A DNA stretch of 64,000 bases from a virus. Under the pieces are notes generated by a model. The model saw only the letters and a program-made list of their open reading frames with translations. It was not told the DNA's origin and did not search any database. This document shows, piece by piece, positions 10,826 through 20,870 of the stretch. Numbering within the stretch: the first letter of the stretch is position 1; every line of letters begins with the position of its first letter. The position numbers were made by a program, and so were the translations under genes. The stretch covers positions 126,500 through 190,499 of IMG/VR virus record IMGVR_UViG_3300045973_000529. The stretch is one strand, 5' to 3'.

Positions 10826-13582
10826 ATGAAGATCAATGGTAAGCTCTCGTTTGACGCATCGTCTGCGTCACTGATCGAGAATCTGCGCGTCGAGCGCTTT
10901 GCAACCCTCGGCGCCGTGCCGTCGTACACTTCAGCGGACTCCGGTCGCGTGGTGTATGTCATCGGTACTGGCACGATGTACTACGGTGACAGCTTCACCG
11001 GCGCATGGATGCCGTTTGCTACGGGCGGCAACGCTTTCTCGCAAACCGAAGGTGACGCAATCGAAACGTCCCTTGGCGTTGGCATCAACGCTGATGGCAC
11101 GTTCAATGCTGCTGGTTTCACCAACACCCTCGCGCTGACGAACCCAACGTCGTTCTCGAATGCTATCCAGCAAATCGCGAACTACGCTACGGCCAACGAC
11201 ACGCTGTATGAACTGAATGACGTTTCGCTCTCGAACGCTGTTCCGACTGGCGCCAAGTTCCTGTACACCCCAGGTGGCGCGAACTGGGTTGATCACACCC
11301 TCGTGCTCGCTGACGTTTCTGACGTCACTGCTACCGCTGCTGAAGTCAATGAACTCGCTGGCGGCACCGCTGTCCAGGCCGACTTCATCAAGCTGCACAA
11401 CATCACTGCTTCGGCTGCTGACGTCAATGTGCTGACTGGCGCTTTCGCTGCTGGCATCACCACGACCGAGATCAGCTACCTCGATGGCGTGACTTCGTCG
11501 ATCCAAGGTCAACTCGACGGCAAGCAAGCACTCGATGCGACGCTGACCGCTCTTGCAGGCCTCGACACCACTGCTGGCATCGTTGTCCAGACTGGTACTG
11601 ACACCTTCACCAAGCGTACGCTGACTGCTCCTGCAGAAGGCCTGACCATCAGCAATCCTGCTGGCACCGCTGGCAACCCAACGTTCGCTCTCGCGAATGA
11701 CCTGGCTGCTCTTGAAGGTCTGACGTCTTCTGGCTACATCGTTCGCACTGGCGACGGCACTGCTACGACTCGCACGATCAACGGCGTTGCTGGTCGCACT
11801 GTTGTCACCAATGGTGACGGCGTTGCTTCGAACACCGACGTGGATCTGGACACTGTCACCCAAGGCTCTGGTGGTGCTTTCCTCAAGGTAACCCTCGACG
11901 CCTACGGCCGCGTTTCGCAGAACACTGCAGTTGTTGCTGGTGACATCACCGGTCTCGTTGACACCATCTACGTGAACGTCGCTGGCGACACGATGACTGG
12001 CAACCTGAACATGGGCACGAACTACGTGACCATGAACAACGCCCCAACGCTCGACACGCAAGCTGCCAACAAGGCCTACGTTGACTCCGTCGCCGCTGGT
12101 CTGTCGTGGAAGAATGCAGTTCGCGCTGCTTCGACCGGCAACGTTGCTGACCTGGCTGCAGTGACCGTCATCGATGGCATCACTCTGGTTGATGGCGACC
12201 GCGTCCTCCTGAAGAACCAAACCACCCCGTCTGCAAACGGCATCTACACCTACACTCTCAGCACGACCACTCTTGCCCGCTCGTCGGACATGAATGCTGC
12301 TGGCGAGTTCATGAGCGCTACCGTGTTCGTGTCGGAAGGTTCTGCCAACGCTGATAGCGGCTGGACGCAAACCGCTGAAGTCACGACCGTTGGTTCTGAC
12401 GCTGTTGTGTGGTACCAGTTCTCTGGTGCAAGCACATACACATGGGGCACGGGTCTCGGCAATACCGGTAACACGGTGTTCGTCAATCTGGGTGCTGGTA
12501 TCGCTGAACTCCCATCGGACGAAGTTGGTCTGGATCTGGTCTCCAACAAGGCTATCCAACTGACAAGCGCCCTCACTGGCGGTCAACTGACGTTCGTTCT
12601 GGACGGTGGTGCAGCTTCTGGTCTCGAGCAGTCGTCTGCTGGTCTGAAGATCTCGGCAAATGGCGTCACGAATGCCATGATCCTGAACGAGTCGATGACC
12701 TTCAACTCTGACTCTGGCAACTCAGTCACGGCTCTTGGCGACACGCTCATCATCGCTGGCACCGCTGCTCAAGGTATCCACACCTCTGCAGTGACTGGCA
12801 CGCTGACGATCACTGCTGACGACGCTTCGGCTTCGCAGAAGGGTGTTGCAACGTTCAACACGGCTTCGTTCGCCGTCACCGCTGGTGATGTCACGATCAA
12901 GGCTGCTGGTGTTTCGAATGCTCAGTTGGCCAACAGCACGATCGGCTTCACGGGTTCGGACGCTTCGTCTGACACCGTTTCCCTCGGCGGTACCCTGACC
13001 TTCATCGACGGCGCTACCCACGCTGCTGGCGACCTGGTCAAGACCTCGGTTGCTACTGACGCTGTCACCATCTCGATGCGTGAAGCTACCACTGGCGCTC
13101 TTGGCGTTGCATCGTTCGACGGCGCGCACTTCAGCGTCACCGCTGGTGCTGTCAGCCTGGCTGCTACGCTCGATGACCTGACCAATGTGTCGAATGCTGA
13201 TGCTGCTGCAACTGGTGACCTGCTCACCAAGACTGCTGGCGATTGGCAGAATGTCACCCGTGTTGCTGTTGTTGGTTCGACCTCAGTCGCTGACCACAAT
13301 GACGTCTCGGTCACGACTCCTGCTGCTGGCCAGACTCTGGTCTACATCGCTGGTGAATGGGTCAACCGCAAGGTCTTCCACACGGAAACCGTCGCTTCGT
13401 CTTCGACCTGGAACATCAACCACGCTCTCGGCCAGAAGTTCTGCAATGTCACCATTGCTGACGACACCGACAACGTGGTGATCCCACAGTCGATCGTGTT
13501 CTCGGACGCGAACAACCTGGTTGTGACCTTCAACACCGCTATCGCTGGCCAAGTCATGGTCTCGGGTGTTGCTGCTGCCTAA
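10826..13582 (+). CDS. 918-aa fibre-like virion protein
   Basis: SD AGGAG; Ala/Gly/Thr-rich; AANKAYVD...WKNAVRAAS...[11 protein letters not shown]...NGIY block typical of phage fibres; C-terminal repeat domain. Confidence 0.75.
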   Translation: MKINGKLSFDASSASLIENLRVERFATLGAVPSYTSADSGRVVYVIGTGTMYYGDSFTGAWMPFATGGNAFSQTEGDAIETSLGVGINADGTFNAAGFTNTLALTNPTSFSNAIQQIANYATANDTLYELNDVSLSNAVPTGAKFLYTPGGANWVDHTLVLADVSDVTATAAEVNELAGGTAVQADFIKLHNITASAADVNVLTGAFAAGITTTEISYLDGVTSSIQGQLDGKQALDATLTALAGLDTTAGIVVQTGTDTFTKRTLTAPAEGLTISNPAGTAGNPTFALANDLAALEGLTSSGYIVRTGDGTATTRTINGVAGRTVVTNGDGVASNTDVDLDTVTQGSGGAFLKVTLDAYGRVSQNTAVVAGDITGLVDTIYVNVAGDTMTGNLNMGTNYVTMNNAPTLDTQAANKAYVDSVAAGLSWKNAVRAASTGNVADLAAVTVIDGITLVDGDRVLLKNQTTPSANGIYTYTLSTTTLARSSDMNAAGEFMSATVFVSEGSANADSGWTQTAEVTTVGSDAVVWYQFSGASTYTWGTGLGNTGNTVFVNLGAGIAELPSDEVGLDLVSNKAIQLTSALTGGQLTFVLDGGAASGLEQSSAGLKISANGVTNAMILNESMTFNSDSGNSVTALGDTLIIAGTAAQGIHTSAVTGTLTITADDASASQKGVATFNTASFAVTAGDVTIKAAGVSNAQLANSTIGFTGSDASSDTVSLGGTLTFIDGATHAAGDLVKTSVATDAVTISMREATTGALGVASFDGAHFSVTAGAVSLAATLDDLTNVSNADAAATGDLLTKTAGDWQNVTRVAVVGSTSVADHNDVSVTTPAAGQTLVYIAGEWVNRKVFHTETVASSSTWNINHALGQKFCNVTIADDTDNVVIPQSIVFSDANNLVVTFNTAIAGQVMVSGVAAA

Positions 13583-13590
13583 GGCTGACT

Positions 13591-13610
13591 GAGTGGCTTC
13601 GGCCACTCTT
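13591..13610 (+). terminator. hairpin with UUCG tetraloop
   Basis: GAGTGGC-TTCG-GCCACTC-TT, 8 nt after the stop at 13582. Confidence 0.6.
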
Positions 13611-13623
13611 GATGACCTCTCGC

Positions 13624-13650
13624 AAGGGGCTGCCAATTGGCAGCCCTTTT
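13624..13650 (+). terminator. intrinsic terminator
   Basis: GGGCTGCC-AATT-GGCAGCCC-TTTT. Confidence 0.75.
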
Positions 13651-13664
13651 CGTTGCCCGGATCC

Positions 13665-13670
13665 TAAATA
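13665..13670 (+). promoter_or_regulatory. late promoter core TAAATA
   Basis: Directly after the terminator and upstream of ATG 13703. Confidence 0.75.
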
Positions 13671-13702
13671 GGCAGACAACCCTATACCCTCGAGGACACG
13701 AC

Positions 13703-14302
13703 ATGAAGTTCTACGGCCACGCCAATCTCCAACAGAACGAGCTGCAGAACGCAGCGCTCTCGTCTCTGACTTCTTTTCCGAATGCTCCAGTCATTGGACA
13801 ACTTGCGTTCGTGAACAGCATCGTCTTCATCTGCGTCGCAATCAACCCGCTTCCAGTATGGGTTCCATTGACACGTGAAATCACCGCGTACACGCACACC
13901 CAAGCCGTGGCGTCGAGCACGTGGAACATTGTTCACCCACTGAACACCACTTCCGTGAACATCCAGGTGTACAACAACAACAATCTGGCCATCATTCCAG
14001 ATGACATTGAGACCCTTGGTCCTACTACCGCGACCATCACTTTCGCTGGCGCTCAAGCTGGTCGTGCAGTGCTGGTGTCGGGCCACTTCGACGGCATGCC
14101 AAAGCCTGTGTACGCATACACTCACTACCAGTCGAATGCATCGACCTCGTGGGTGATTCCTCACTTCCTCGGCTACAATCCAGTCGTGCGAATCTTCATC
14201 GGGAACCAAGAAGTTCAACCACTTGCTGTCACCCACGATAGCACGAACCAAGTCACCATCACCTTCAGCACTGCCCAGGTCGGCTACGCTCGCTTGGTCT
14301 AA
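13703..14302 (+). CDS. structural protein with two copies of the HTQ...W.I.H repeat domain
   Basis: Start re-called at ATG 13703 (SD GAGGA); the track start at 13637 lies upstream of the promoter. Confidence 0.7.
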   Translation: MKFYGHANLQQNELQNAALSSLTSFPNAPVIGQLAFVNSIVFICVAINPLPVWVPLTREITAYTHTQAVASSTWNIVHPLNTTSVNIQVYNNNNLAIIPDDIETLGPTTATITFAGAQAGRAVLVSGHFDGMPKPVYAYTHYQSNASTSWVIPHFLGYNPVVRIFIGNQEVQPLAVTHDSTNQVTITFSTAQVGYARLV

Positions 14303-14311
14303 GGACGCACG

Positions 14312-14539
14312 ATGGCCCTCACCTATCAACCTGCTATCACGTACGAGCACACGCAAGACACTGCGTCTGACACGTGGGTGATCCAGCACAAGCTGAACTT
14401 GTACCCTGTGATCGACGTTCTTGTCGACTACGGCGGACAGCGACAGAAAATCATTCCATCTTCGGTGGAGTACACCAGCTCAATGATCTGTACTGTCACC
14501 TTCACTGAACCTTTCACTGGCGTTGCCACGGTGGCTTGA
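14312..14539 (+). CDS. single repeat-domain protein
   Basis: YEHTQDTASDTWVIQHKLN...TVTFTEPFTGVATV; SD AAGGA. Confidence 0.7.
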   Translation: MALTYQPAITYEHTQDTASDTWVIQHKLNLYPVIDVLVDYGGQRQKIIPSSVEYTSSMICTVTFTEPFTGVATVA

Positions 14540-14811
14540 TGTACTCATCCGCAAAAGTTCACATCCAATCGGCACCTTCAGCCACCTGGACGATCACGCA
14601 CACGTTCCTCGGCGCGCCGCTTTGCGACGTGCTGATTCCTGATGGCGATACGATGGTGAAGATTCTTCCGGCTGGGGTGACATACATCTCTGACACGCAG
14701 CTCACCATCACCTTCACAGTGCCACGCACAGGTACTGCACGACTCGTCGGCAGAACCCAATCACCGCTCATCTTCACCGCTGGATCGATTGATCCGGGTC
14801 AAGACGCATAA
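14539..14811 (+). CDS. single repeat-domain protein
   Basis: VHIQSAPSATWTITH...TITFTVPRTGTARLV; ATG overlaps the upstream TGA. Confidence 0.65.
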   Translation: MYSSAKVHIQSAPSATWTITHTFLGAPLCDVLIPDGDTMVKILPAGVTYISDTQLTITFTVPRTGTARLVGRTQSPLIFTAGSIDPGQDA

Positions 14812-14820
14812 GGACCCATC

Positions 14821-15219
14821 ATGTTCGCTGGAATGTATGCAAAGCTCATCGCCATTGCGCTGGTTGTAGCCATCGTTCTCGGCGGCATCTGGTATGTGAA
14901 GCACCTTCAGAATGAGGTGGCTGATCTGACCCAACAGGTCTCGACGCTGACAGCACAGAACGCGCAGTTGACAGCCTCAATCGAGCATCAGAATGAAGCA
15001 ATCAACACGCTCCAAAAAGAAGGGGCTGCGCGCCTTGCGGCTGCGGCGATTGAACTTGCTAAGTCGAAGGCGGCTACGAAAGCTGCGCAAGCACGGGCAG
15101 GTGTCATCTACAAACAGCCGCCCTCGACGCCGGGTAACGATTGCAAGTCGACGCTAGACTTGTTGAACAGCGCGGTAGCACCAGCTGCTCCCGCCTCAGA
15201 CTCAGAAGGAACGCAATGA
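14821..15219 (+). CDS. inner-membrane spanin (Rz-like)
   Basis: N-terminal transmembrane segment (LIAIALVVAIVLGGIWYV) then a coiled coil; immediately followed by a lipoprotein. Confidence 0.75.
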   Translation: MFAGMYAKLIAIALVVAIVLGGIWYVKHLQNEVADLTQQVSTLTAQNAQLTASIEHQNEAINTLQKEGAARLAAAAIELAKSKAATKAAQARAGVIYKQPPSTPGNDCKSTLDLLNSAVAPAAPASDSEGTQ

Positions 15220-15470
15220 ACAAGCTGCTCCTCACTCTCGTGTTGACTCTTGGTGGCTGTGCTGGTTGCGCGACTACTCAAGGGCCGCCGGTTGAAGTCA
15301 AGATTCCAGTTCCGGTGAAGTGCCAGACTGAAGATCCGACGATCCCAACCTATCGCTTCAGCCCGCCATACACAACCGCCTTTGAGGCAGCACGTGATTT
15401 GCTTGGTGACCGCGAAGTGGCGTTGGCGTATGAGAACGAGCTCCGTATTGCGTTGAAGTCCTGCAAGTAA
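15216..15470 (+). CDS. outer-membrane spanin lipoprotein (Rz1-like)
   Basis: MNKLLLTLVLTLGGCAGC lipobox and Pro-rich VEVKIPVPVKC; ATGA overlap with the i-spanin; start re-called at 15216. Confidence 0.75.
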   Translation: MNKLLLTLVLTLGGCAGCATTQGPPVEVKIPVPVKCQTEDPTIPTYRFSPPYTTAFEAARDLLGDREVALAYENELRIALKSCK

Positions 15471-15479
15471 GGAGACTCT

Positions 15480-17087
15480 ATGGCTGGCTGCTGCCCTCCG
15501 GCACCACCAAGCAACGCCATCAGTGGCGCGTTCGGCGACGCCAATGGACATGAGACGGACATCCGCCCGGGTGAATCAGTCGAATGCTACATGGCACGGG
15601 CTGGGAACACCACCGGGCTTCAAGATGATGCCACTGAAAACGTGCCTGACAAGATCGAGAACGCCTCGATTCCGCTCAAGGTGACGGCTACTGCGGTGAC
15701 TGTGAACGTGCAGTTCAAGCTCACCGCTGGTTCACCGAGAACTCCGACCTCTTGGACGTTGACCCCGCTTCCGGCTGGACTGGCGTTCACTACGGCTGGG
15801 CATCTCACTGGAGCGTTCACCGGAACTGGAACGTTCACAGTCACGGTGACTGCGCTTGACGGCGCCGGAACGATTGACTCACGCGTCTATACTCTCGGTG
15901 TCAAGCCTGGAGATGAGACGACGCAGATTCAACTCATCAGTCCTCTCCCAGGCTCCGTGGTGAACTCAAAGTTCGGACCGCGGATGCACCCAATTCAGAA
16001 GGTCATGAAGCCACACACTGGCATCGACATGAAATTTCAAGATCGCTCGGTTGGCCCTGTTCTTGCAGCGGCTGATGGTGAGATCGTTTTGGCAGGCGGC
16101 AATCCCTCAACAGGGTATGGAGTACGAGTATGGATCAAGCATTTGAGCGGCTCCGGGAATCACTTGTGTACGACGACCTACAATCACCTGAGCAGGACAC
16201 TGGTTTCTACTGGGCAGAAAGTTATGGCTGGACAGAAGATTGGTATCGAAGGGAGTACGGGAGCTTCAACTGGCAACCATCTTCATTTCGAGTGCCGGTT
16301 GCCGGATGGCAAATTCATTGACCCTCTGCCCCTGATTCGTGGGACGACACAGGTTGCCGCCAAGACGCTGAGCAATGGTGACCCTGATCCTGATCAGATG
16401 GCTAGTGAAACATCAGATGCATCGTTGTCTGAAGCCGAGTCAACTGCAAGGCAGGCGGGCTGTCAGGCCTTCGGTCCTGCCTATCCACCAAGCAATCCAG
16501 CAGAGACGGTAGACCCGTACTCACCGCCCGTGAGTCCATCAACCGATCCATTCGAGCAGGCCTGGTTCTTCACTATGACCGCGGAAACTGGTCAGTGGAC
16601 AGCCGCCTCAGAGTCAGACGCCGATGTAATTGCAGGTGCTATTGGAACATCAGCACAACGGAAGAAGTGCGGGTACGTATCGCTGCCGAACTTCCCAGGC
16701 GGTGAGACCAAGTTCGGCATCGCACAGAAGTACAACCCAAAGACGGTGGTGAAGACTGCGACGTACGCTGAGGCGAAGAAGACGGGATGGAACAATTATT
16801 GGCGCAGCGCAAAAATGCCGTGCGCAAATTATGCGGCGCTCGTTTCCGTCATTCTGCTCGACATGAACTTTCTGCACGGCGATGGGAACACGAAAACGAT
16901 CTTCACTCGTGCTGGCATCTCAGCACCGCCATCACTGACGTACGGGCAGCAGCTACTCGCCTGTGAAGCCCTGACAGCTGCTCGCATCGCGTTCATTCAA
17001 GGCATCAAGAACCAGACCTACTCCAAGGGTTGGTTGAAGCGCGCCAACGACAACCTGGCTTACGTCAAATCGCTGCCTCCGTTCTGA
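15480..17087 (+). CDS. multidomain muralytic virion protein: Ig-like + M23 peptidase + GH108 lysozyme
   Basis: M23 motifs HTGID...HL...STGNHLHFE; GH108 motifs GYV...PGGETKFGI...GWLKRAN. Confidence 0.8.
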   Translation: MAGCCPPAPPSNAISGAFGDANGHETDIRPGESVECYMARAGNTTGLQDDATENVPDKIENASIPLKVTATAVTVNVQFKLTAGSPRTPTSWTLTPLPAGLAFTTAGHLTGAFTGTGTFTVTVTALDGAGTIDSRVYTLGVKPGDETTQIQLISPLPGSVVNSKFGPRMHPIQKVMKPHTGIDMKFQDRSVGPVLAAADGEIVLAGGNPSTGYGVRVWIKHLSGSGNHLCTTTYNHLSRTLVSTGQKVMAGQKIGIEGSTGASTGNHLHFECRLPDGKFIDPLPLIRGTTQVAAKTLSNGDPDPDQMASETSDASLSEAESTARQAGCQAFGPAYPPSNPAETVDPYSPPVSPSTDPFEQAWFFTMTAETGQWTAASESDADVIAGAIGTSAQRKKCGYVSLPNFPGGETKFGIAQKYNPKTVVKTATYAEAKKTGWNNYWRSAKMPCANYAALVSVILLDMNFLHGDGNTKTIFTRAGISAPPSLTYGQQLLACEALTAARIAFIQGIKNQTYSKGWLKRANDNLAYVKSLPPF

Positions 17088-17090
17088 CGG

Positions 17091-17096
17091 TAAATA
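17091..17096 (+). promoter_or_regulatory. late promoter core TAAATA
   Basis: 4 nt upstream of the PAAR ATG. Confidence 0.6.
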
Positions 17097-17100
17097 GTCC

Positions 17101-17394
17101 ATGGGAAACGTTGTACGCATTGGCGATTCGGTCTCTTGTGGAGACCACTCCGCCGCCGGATCAAGTAACGTGTTCGTGAACGGGCTACCAGTGACACACG
17201 CTGGGGCGAAGTCTACGACAGGGCACGGGTGTTTCCCAGGAACTGTGTTCACCTCGAACTGGTCAACGACTGTGTTCGTGAACAATCAGCTTGCTGCGCT
17301 ACTTGGCACCCAAATTGCGCCACACCGCTGCGGGAACTCCGTACACGGTGGAGCAGCAGTATCATCATCACCAGACGTCTCTTTCGACGCATAA
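17101..17394 (+). CDS. PAAR-repeat spike-tip protein (gp5.4-like)
   Basis: VRIGDSVSCGDHSAAGSSNVFVNGLPV ... TGHGC ... VFVNNQLAA ... PHRCG ... SSPDV. Confidence 0.9.
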   Translation: MGNVVRIGDSVSCGDHSAAGSSNVFVNGLPVTHAGAKSTTGHGCFPGTVFTSNWSTTVFVNNQLAALLGTQIAPHRCGNSVHGGAAVSSSPDVSFDA

Positions 17395-17403
17395 GGAACG
17401 CAC

Positions 17404-18063
17404 ATGAAGTCACTCGGTACCTACGCTCCGCCTGAAGCTATCGGCATCAATTTTGTTCGGTTGGCAACGCCTCATGGTCGCACTCTGCCTCGGGCGCCTG
17501 TTCCAGGCGAGCTCTTCACGTTGGAAGCAGACATGGCTGAGCCTGACGGGCGGACCCCTTGGATGCCTCGTGGCACGTACTCGTACGATGAGGCAAGCAT
17601 GAAGTGGACGCGACTGAACGACAGCTCGCGTAAGCGCAAGGCCGAGTGCATTGGCGCACAGAAGATCGAGTTCGAAACAGAGGATGTCTGCTCAGTCGAC
17701 GTCATGCCGACGATCACCAAGGGTGCGTGGCTGGCGGCTGTCGGCATTCCACCATCGAGCCGCAAGGCCGCCTTTTCTGGGATCGGGTCAGTGTGGGTCG
17801 ACGTATTGAACGAGTGCTTCGTGTGGGTCGTTGCTTTCAACGGCGAGAAGATGGTCGGGGTTGTGGCTGCGCGCCTCGTCCCAGGTCACCCACAGACACT
17901 GTCGTTGACGTTCACCGACAACCCAGGCTCCTCGGAAGAACAGGGCTACCAACTGCGGTTGTACACCGACAACGCAGGAGTTGTGTTCGTGAACCAATGT
18001 GACCGCTTCAACTTCGAAGCGAAGAGCTCGACGGCGTTCATCGTCGAAGAGAACCTGAACTAA
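17404..18063 (+). CDS. hypothetical late protein
   Basis: 219 aa, SD AAGGA, in the late operon. Confidence 0.65.
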   Translation: MKSLGTYAPPEAIGINFVRLATPHGRTLPRAPVPGELFTLEADMAEPDGRTPWMPRGTYSYDEASMKWTRLNDSSRKRKAECIGAQKIEFETEDVCSVDVMPTITKGAWLAAVGIPPSSRKAAFSGIGSVWVDVLNECFVWVVAFNGEKMVGVVAARLVPGHPQTLSLTFTDNPGSSEEQGYQLRLYTDNAGVVFVNQCDRFNFEAKSSTAFIVEENLN

Positions 18064-18995
18064 TGCCGCTGAACCAACCCAATCTCAGCAAGTACCGTCC
18101 TAATCCAGTTGGGCCAGTCAAGCTGCAGACTCGGTCTTCAACTCGAGCACGACTGTACGGAGGCGGAACGTACTTCCGCTCGAACGAGCGTGGGGAGGTT
18201 CAGAACCTGATCCAGATCGGCATCCTCGAAGACGGGGTGATCCCAAACCTCGAGGGTGTCTGCATCGTTCAAAACACGGTGCTCAAGCCCGACGAGCAAG
18301 TGACCGGAACAGGAGTCACGCCGGTGCTCGAGCTGTACAAGCTTGAACTTACAGCCCTGGAAGAAATCACAATCGCGTGGAACGGCACACAGTGGCGCGC
18401 AACGAAGACAGGCATTAGGTGGCAGATAGCACCGGGACCTGTTCCAGCTCCAGTCGATCTGGGGGCAGTTCAGGAGGGATTGTTCGTATCGAGCGTCGCC
18501 GTCTTCAAGATCACCGGGCTGGGGGCTTGGCCGCATGGAGCAGTCGTGGTACTGAGACCGCGCACTCGTCGGTACACCCTGGTGGTGCACGGTGTCACCG
18601 ATCCGAATTCGCCATCTGGTACTACACAGTTGACCGGCTGGGACCCTAACGCCCTCCGGCAAGCGGTCAATGCTGACACGACAGTCTGGATTCGAATGCC
18701 GGTTCGAAACACCGTTACAACTCCGGACACGGGTCCTGCTCTGCCACCGTCCGGTGGCGAGGACAAACAGGACTCTGGAGTAGATGCCGACTTCCTGACA
18801 GCGTTCGCGATGGCGAATCTGTCAGGTGGCAATGGCTTGCCCATGGCGCCGGTAGGATTGAACACCGGACCCGATCGGGTCATGGTGCATCTGAACTACT
18901 CGGAGAAAGACGACGGCTCGATGGGCGAGCTCAATCAGGTCTTTGAGTGGGTCGGAGACTCTGCCACGATTGGTTCATGGCAGAGGTACTCCTGA
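18063..18995 (+). CDS. hypothetical late protein
   Basis: 310 aa, TAATG overlap with the upstream gene. Confidence 0.65.
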   Translation: MPLNQPNLSKYRPNPVGPVKLQTRSSTRARLYGGGTYFRSNERGEVQNLIQIGILEDGVIPNLEGVCIVQNTVLKPDEQVTGTGVTPVLELYKLELTALEEITIAWNGTQWRATKTGIRWQIAPGPVPAPVDLGAVQEGLFVSSVAVFKITGLGAWPHGAVVVLRPRTRRYTLVVHGVTDPNSPSGTTQLTGWDPNALRQAVNADTTVWIRMPVRNTVTTPDTGPALPPSGGEDKQDSGVDADFLTAFAMANLSGGNGLPMAPVGLNTGPDRVMVHLNYSEKDDGSMGELNQVFEWVGDSATIGSWQRYS

Positions 18996-19223
18996 TCAGA
19001 ACATCCCCGAGCTCAGGCGATTGTAGTGCTCCTCGCGTGCCTGATTCTCACGCTCGATTCGAGCGTTGTACTCCGCGTTGCTCTCGTACACCGCGTCCGA
19101 GTAGAACCGCGGACGCGGTCCAGCTGCCGTGCACGTGTTGCAACGGGGCCACGATTGGCTTGGGGTGGAGCGGTCAGCGAGGTAGGTGCCAGAGCACTGC
19201 GAGCAGGTAGCGACGTTATACAT
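18996..19223 (-). CDS. small Cys-rich (CxxC...CxxC) protein
   Basis: CSQC...CNTC; SD GAAGGA. Confidence 0.6.
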   Translation of the reverse strand: MYNVATCSQCSGTYLADRSTPSQSWPRCNTCTAAGPRPRFYSDAVYESNAEYNARIERENQAREEHYNRLSSGMF

Positions 19224-19263
19224 GGAGAAGATCCTTCACAGGATTGGGTTGAGAAAACGAGAA

Positions 19264-19641
19264 TCAGTCCGGCATCGGGACCTTGAGGAAACCTTCGAGC
19301 AGCGCGGTGTGGTGCTCGACATCTTCGCGATGGCTGCGAATCAGGGCCGTCAGGTACGACTTGGTCGGGTAATCCGCATAGGACACGAACCCGCCAGAGT
19401 GACTGAAGCCGATGGCCATGCGACCATCGATGAAGTTGAGGTGCTTGATGTTGTACTTCTGGCCGTCAGCCAATGACTTGACCACCAACCCGGCAGAACG
19501 GATCATGGGCGCCGTGCGGCCACCAGCGACTTCTTCGAAGAGCACTTGCACCGGATGCATGCGCGACTTCTCGAGCGTCACGGACGCAATGAGGATGGTG
19601 TCGGGAGTGAGGTCGTCGAGGAAAACAGGCGAGCTGCGCAT
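19264..19641 (-). CDS. hypothetical early protein
   Basis: 125 aa with phage-like codon usage. Confidence 0.6.
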   Translation of the reverse strand: MRSSPVFLDDLTPDTILIASVTLEKSRMHPVQVLFEEVAGGRTAPMIRSAGLVVKSLADGQKYNIKHLNFIDGRMAIGFSHSGGFVSYADYPTKSYLTALIRSHREDVEHHTALLEGFLKVPMPD

Positions 19642-19686
19642 GATGTGCTTTCGTTCAGGGTTGGTCTGGCGGCGGATTGTGCGAGA

Positions 19687-19914
19687 TCAGTCTCGCTGAC
19701 AGGTGCGGTCGTCGAACTGCGATGCCGACACGGACGGGCGGCGGGTAGGTTCAGGGTACACAGTGACGTTCATTGTCTTGACGGCACCGCGGTGGTCCGT
19801 GATGAAGCTCACGGAGACGCTGGCCAGCGAAACGCCGAGGTCCTTGGCGACGAGTTCTGTGATGCCATCGACGGACAGCGAGATGACGCGAGGTTGTTTG
19901 TCGAGCAGGCTCAT
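19687..19914 (-). CDS. hypothetical early protein
   Basis: Start re-called at ATG 19914 (MSLLDKQP). Confidence 0.55.
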   Translation of the reverse strand: MSLLDKQPRVISLSVDGITELVAKDLGVSLASVSVSFITDHRGAVKTMNVTVYPEPTRRPSVSASQFDDRTCQRD

Positions 19915-19916
19915 GA

Positions 19917-20234
19917 TCAGTACCAGGTGATGCCGCCATCGTGGGCGATGTTGGCCTTGGGGTTGGCGGGGTTGTAGACACACGCGGCTTCCCACAGCTC
20001 GGACATTCTCGTCGCCAAAGCCGTGCGCTCGGGGGTGATCAGGGATGGGTCCAGCATGCCCACCATCTGGAAGGCCGCATCGAAGCGACCCATCGCGAAG
20101 CCGAGGTTCCGGATGCTCGCGGCATCGTGATGCTGTTCGTACGCCGCGATCCAGATCTCGGCGCTGCGAGCGTACGAGTCCAGGTACTTGGCAGCGCGCT
20201 CGATGTGCTCGACACGTTCGGTGGGGGTGATCAT
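19917..20234 (-). CDS. hypothetical early protein
   Basis: Start re-called at ATG 20234 (MITPTERVEH), ATGA-coupled to the upstream ORF. Confidence 0.6.
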   Translation of the reverse strand: MITPTERVEHIERAAKYLDSYARSAEIWIAAYEQHHDAASIRNLGFAMGRFDAAFQMVGMLDPSLITPERTALATRMSELWEAACVYNPANPKANIAHDGGITWY

Positions 20235-20362
20235 GATGATGGCAGCTTCACCAGCAGGAGGAAGATGATGGTCCCGAGGAAGGCGATGACGTTCACCAGG
20301 ATCGCCAGACCGATCCAATCGGAGCGACCGTAGTCCTTGAAGTTCCAGGGGTTGAAGTTCAT
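20231..20362 (-). CDS. 43-aa single-pass membrane protein (not in track)
   Basis: MNFNPWNFKDYGRSDWIGLAILVNVIAFLGTIIFLLLVKLPSS; ATGA overlaps at both ends. Confidence 0.65.
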   Translation of the reverse strand: MNFNPWNFKDYGRSDWIGLAILVNVIAFLGTIIFLLLVKLPSS

Positions 20363-20727
20363 GAGACGTCTGCCTTGCGCACAACCCAGGCGCCGAAGCC
20401 GTGATCACCGATGCTGAAGCAGTCGTAGCCGTACAGCTTGCCCATGGTCAGCTGGCAGTACCCGAGCATGTCCTCGTCGATCCGCTCTTCGTGCAGCATG
20501 CCATTTCGCAGCAGCTGCTCGACTTCGCGGAAGACCTCATCTTCGGTCTGGAGGATCGCCAGCTCGGTCACGTCCTTGACGCCAAGCATTAGCGCAGCGG
20601 CGTGGACCCAGGGTAGGTTCCCATCGTCTTCGCCGACCTCGCACAGCTGGTCGTCGGACATCTTGAAGACGTTCAGCGGCGCGCAGGGTTCATCGGTGTA
20701 GACGAAGGCTTCGAAGAGCTTGGACAT
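20359..20727 (-). CDS. hypothetical acidic early protein
   Basis: Start re-called at ATG 20727 (MSKLFEAF). Confidence 0.6.
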   Translation of the reverse strand: MSKLFEAFVYTDEPCAPLNVFKMSDDQLCEVGEDDGNLPWVHAAALMLGVKDVTELAILQTEDEVFREVEQLLRNGMLHEERIDEDMLGYCQLTMGKLYGYDCFSIGDHGFGAWVVRKADVS

Positions 20728-20753
20728 GACGGGCTTCCGGAGTTGCGGGTGGA

Positions 20754-20870
20754 TCAGCGAGCGCGACGATAGGGGCGCGGGGTGTGCTTGCCGTCCGAGA
20801 CTTCGGCCATGCAGTAGTTCACGCCGACTGCCAGAGTCGACAGCAGAATCCAGGTCATTGCGAGGGCCAT
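20754..20870 (-). CDS. 38-aa hydrophobic microprotein (not in track)
   Basis: MALAMTWILLSTLAVGVNYC...; fills the gap in the operon. Confidence 0.45.
   Translation of the reverse strand: MALAMTWILLSTLAVGVNYCMAEVSDGKHTPRPYRRAR

Noticed and set aside
10931-12586. 551-aa antisense ORF
   Set aside because: Shadow of the 918-aa fibre gene caused by biased codon usage; no SD, promoter or motifs.
1463-14811. Diversity-generating retroelement target in fibre genes
   Set aside because: No reverse transcriptase and no TR/VR near-duplicate differing at adenines was seen in this window.
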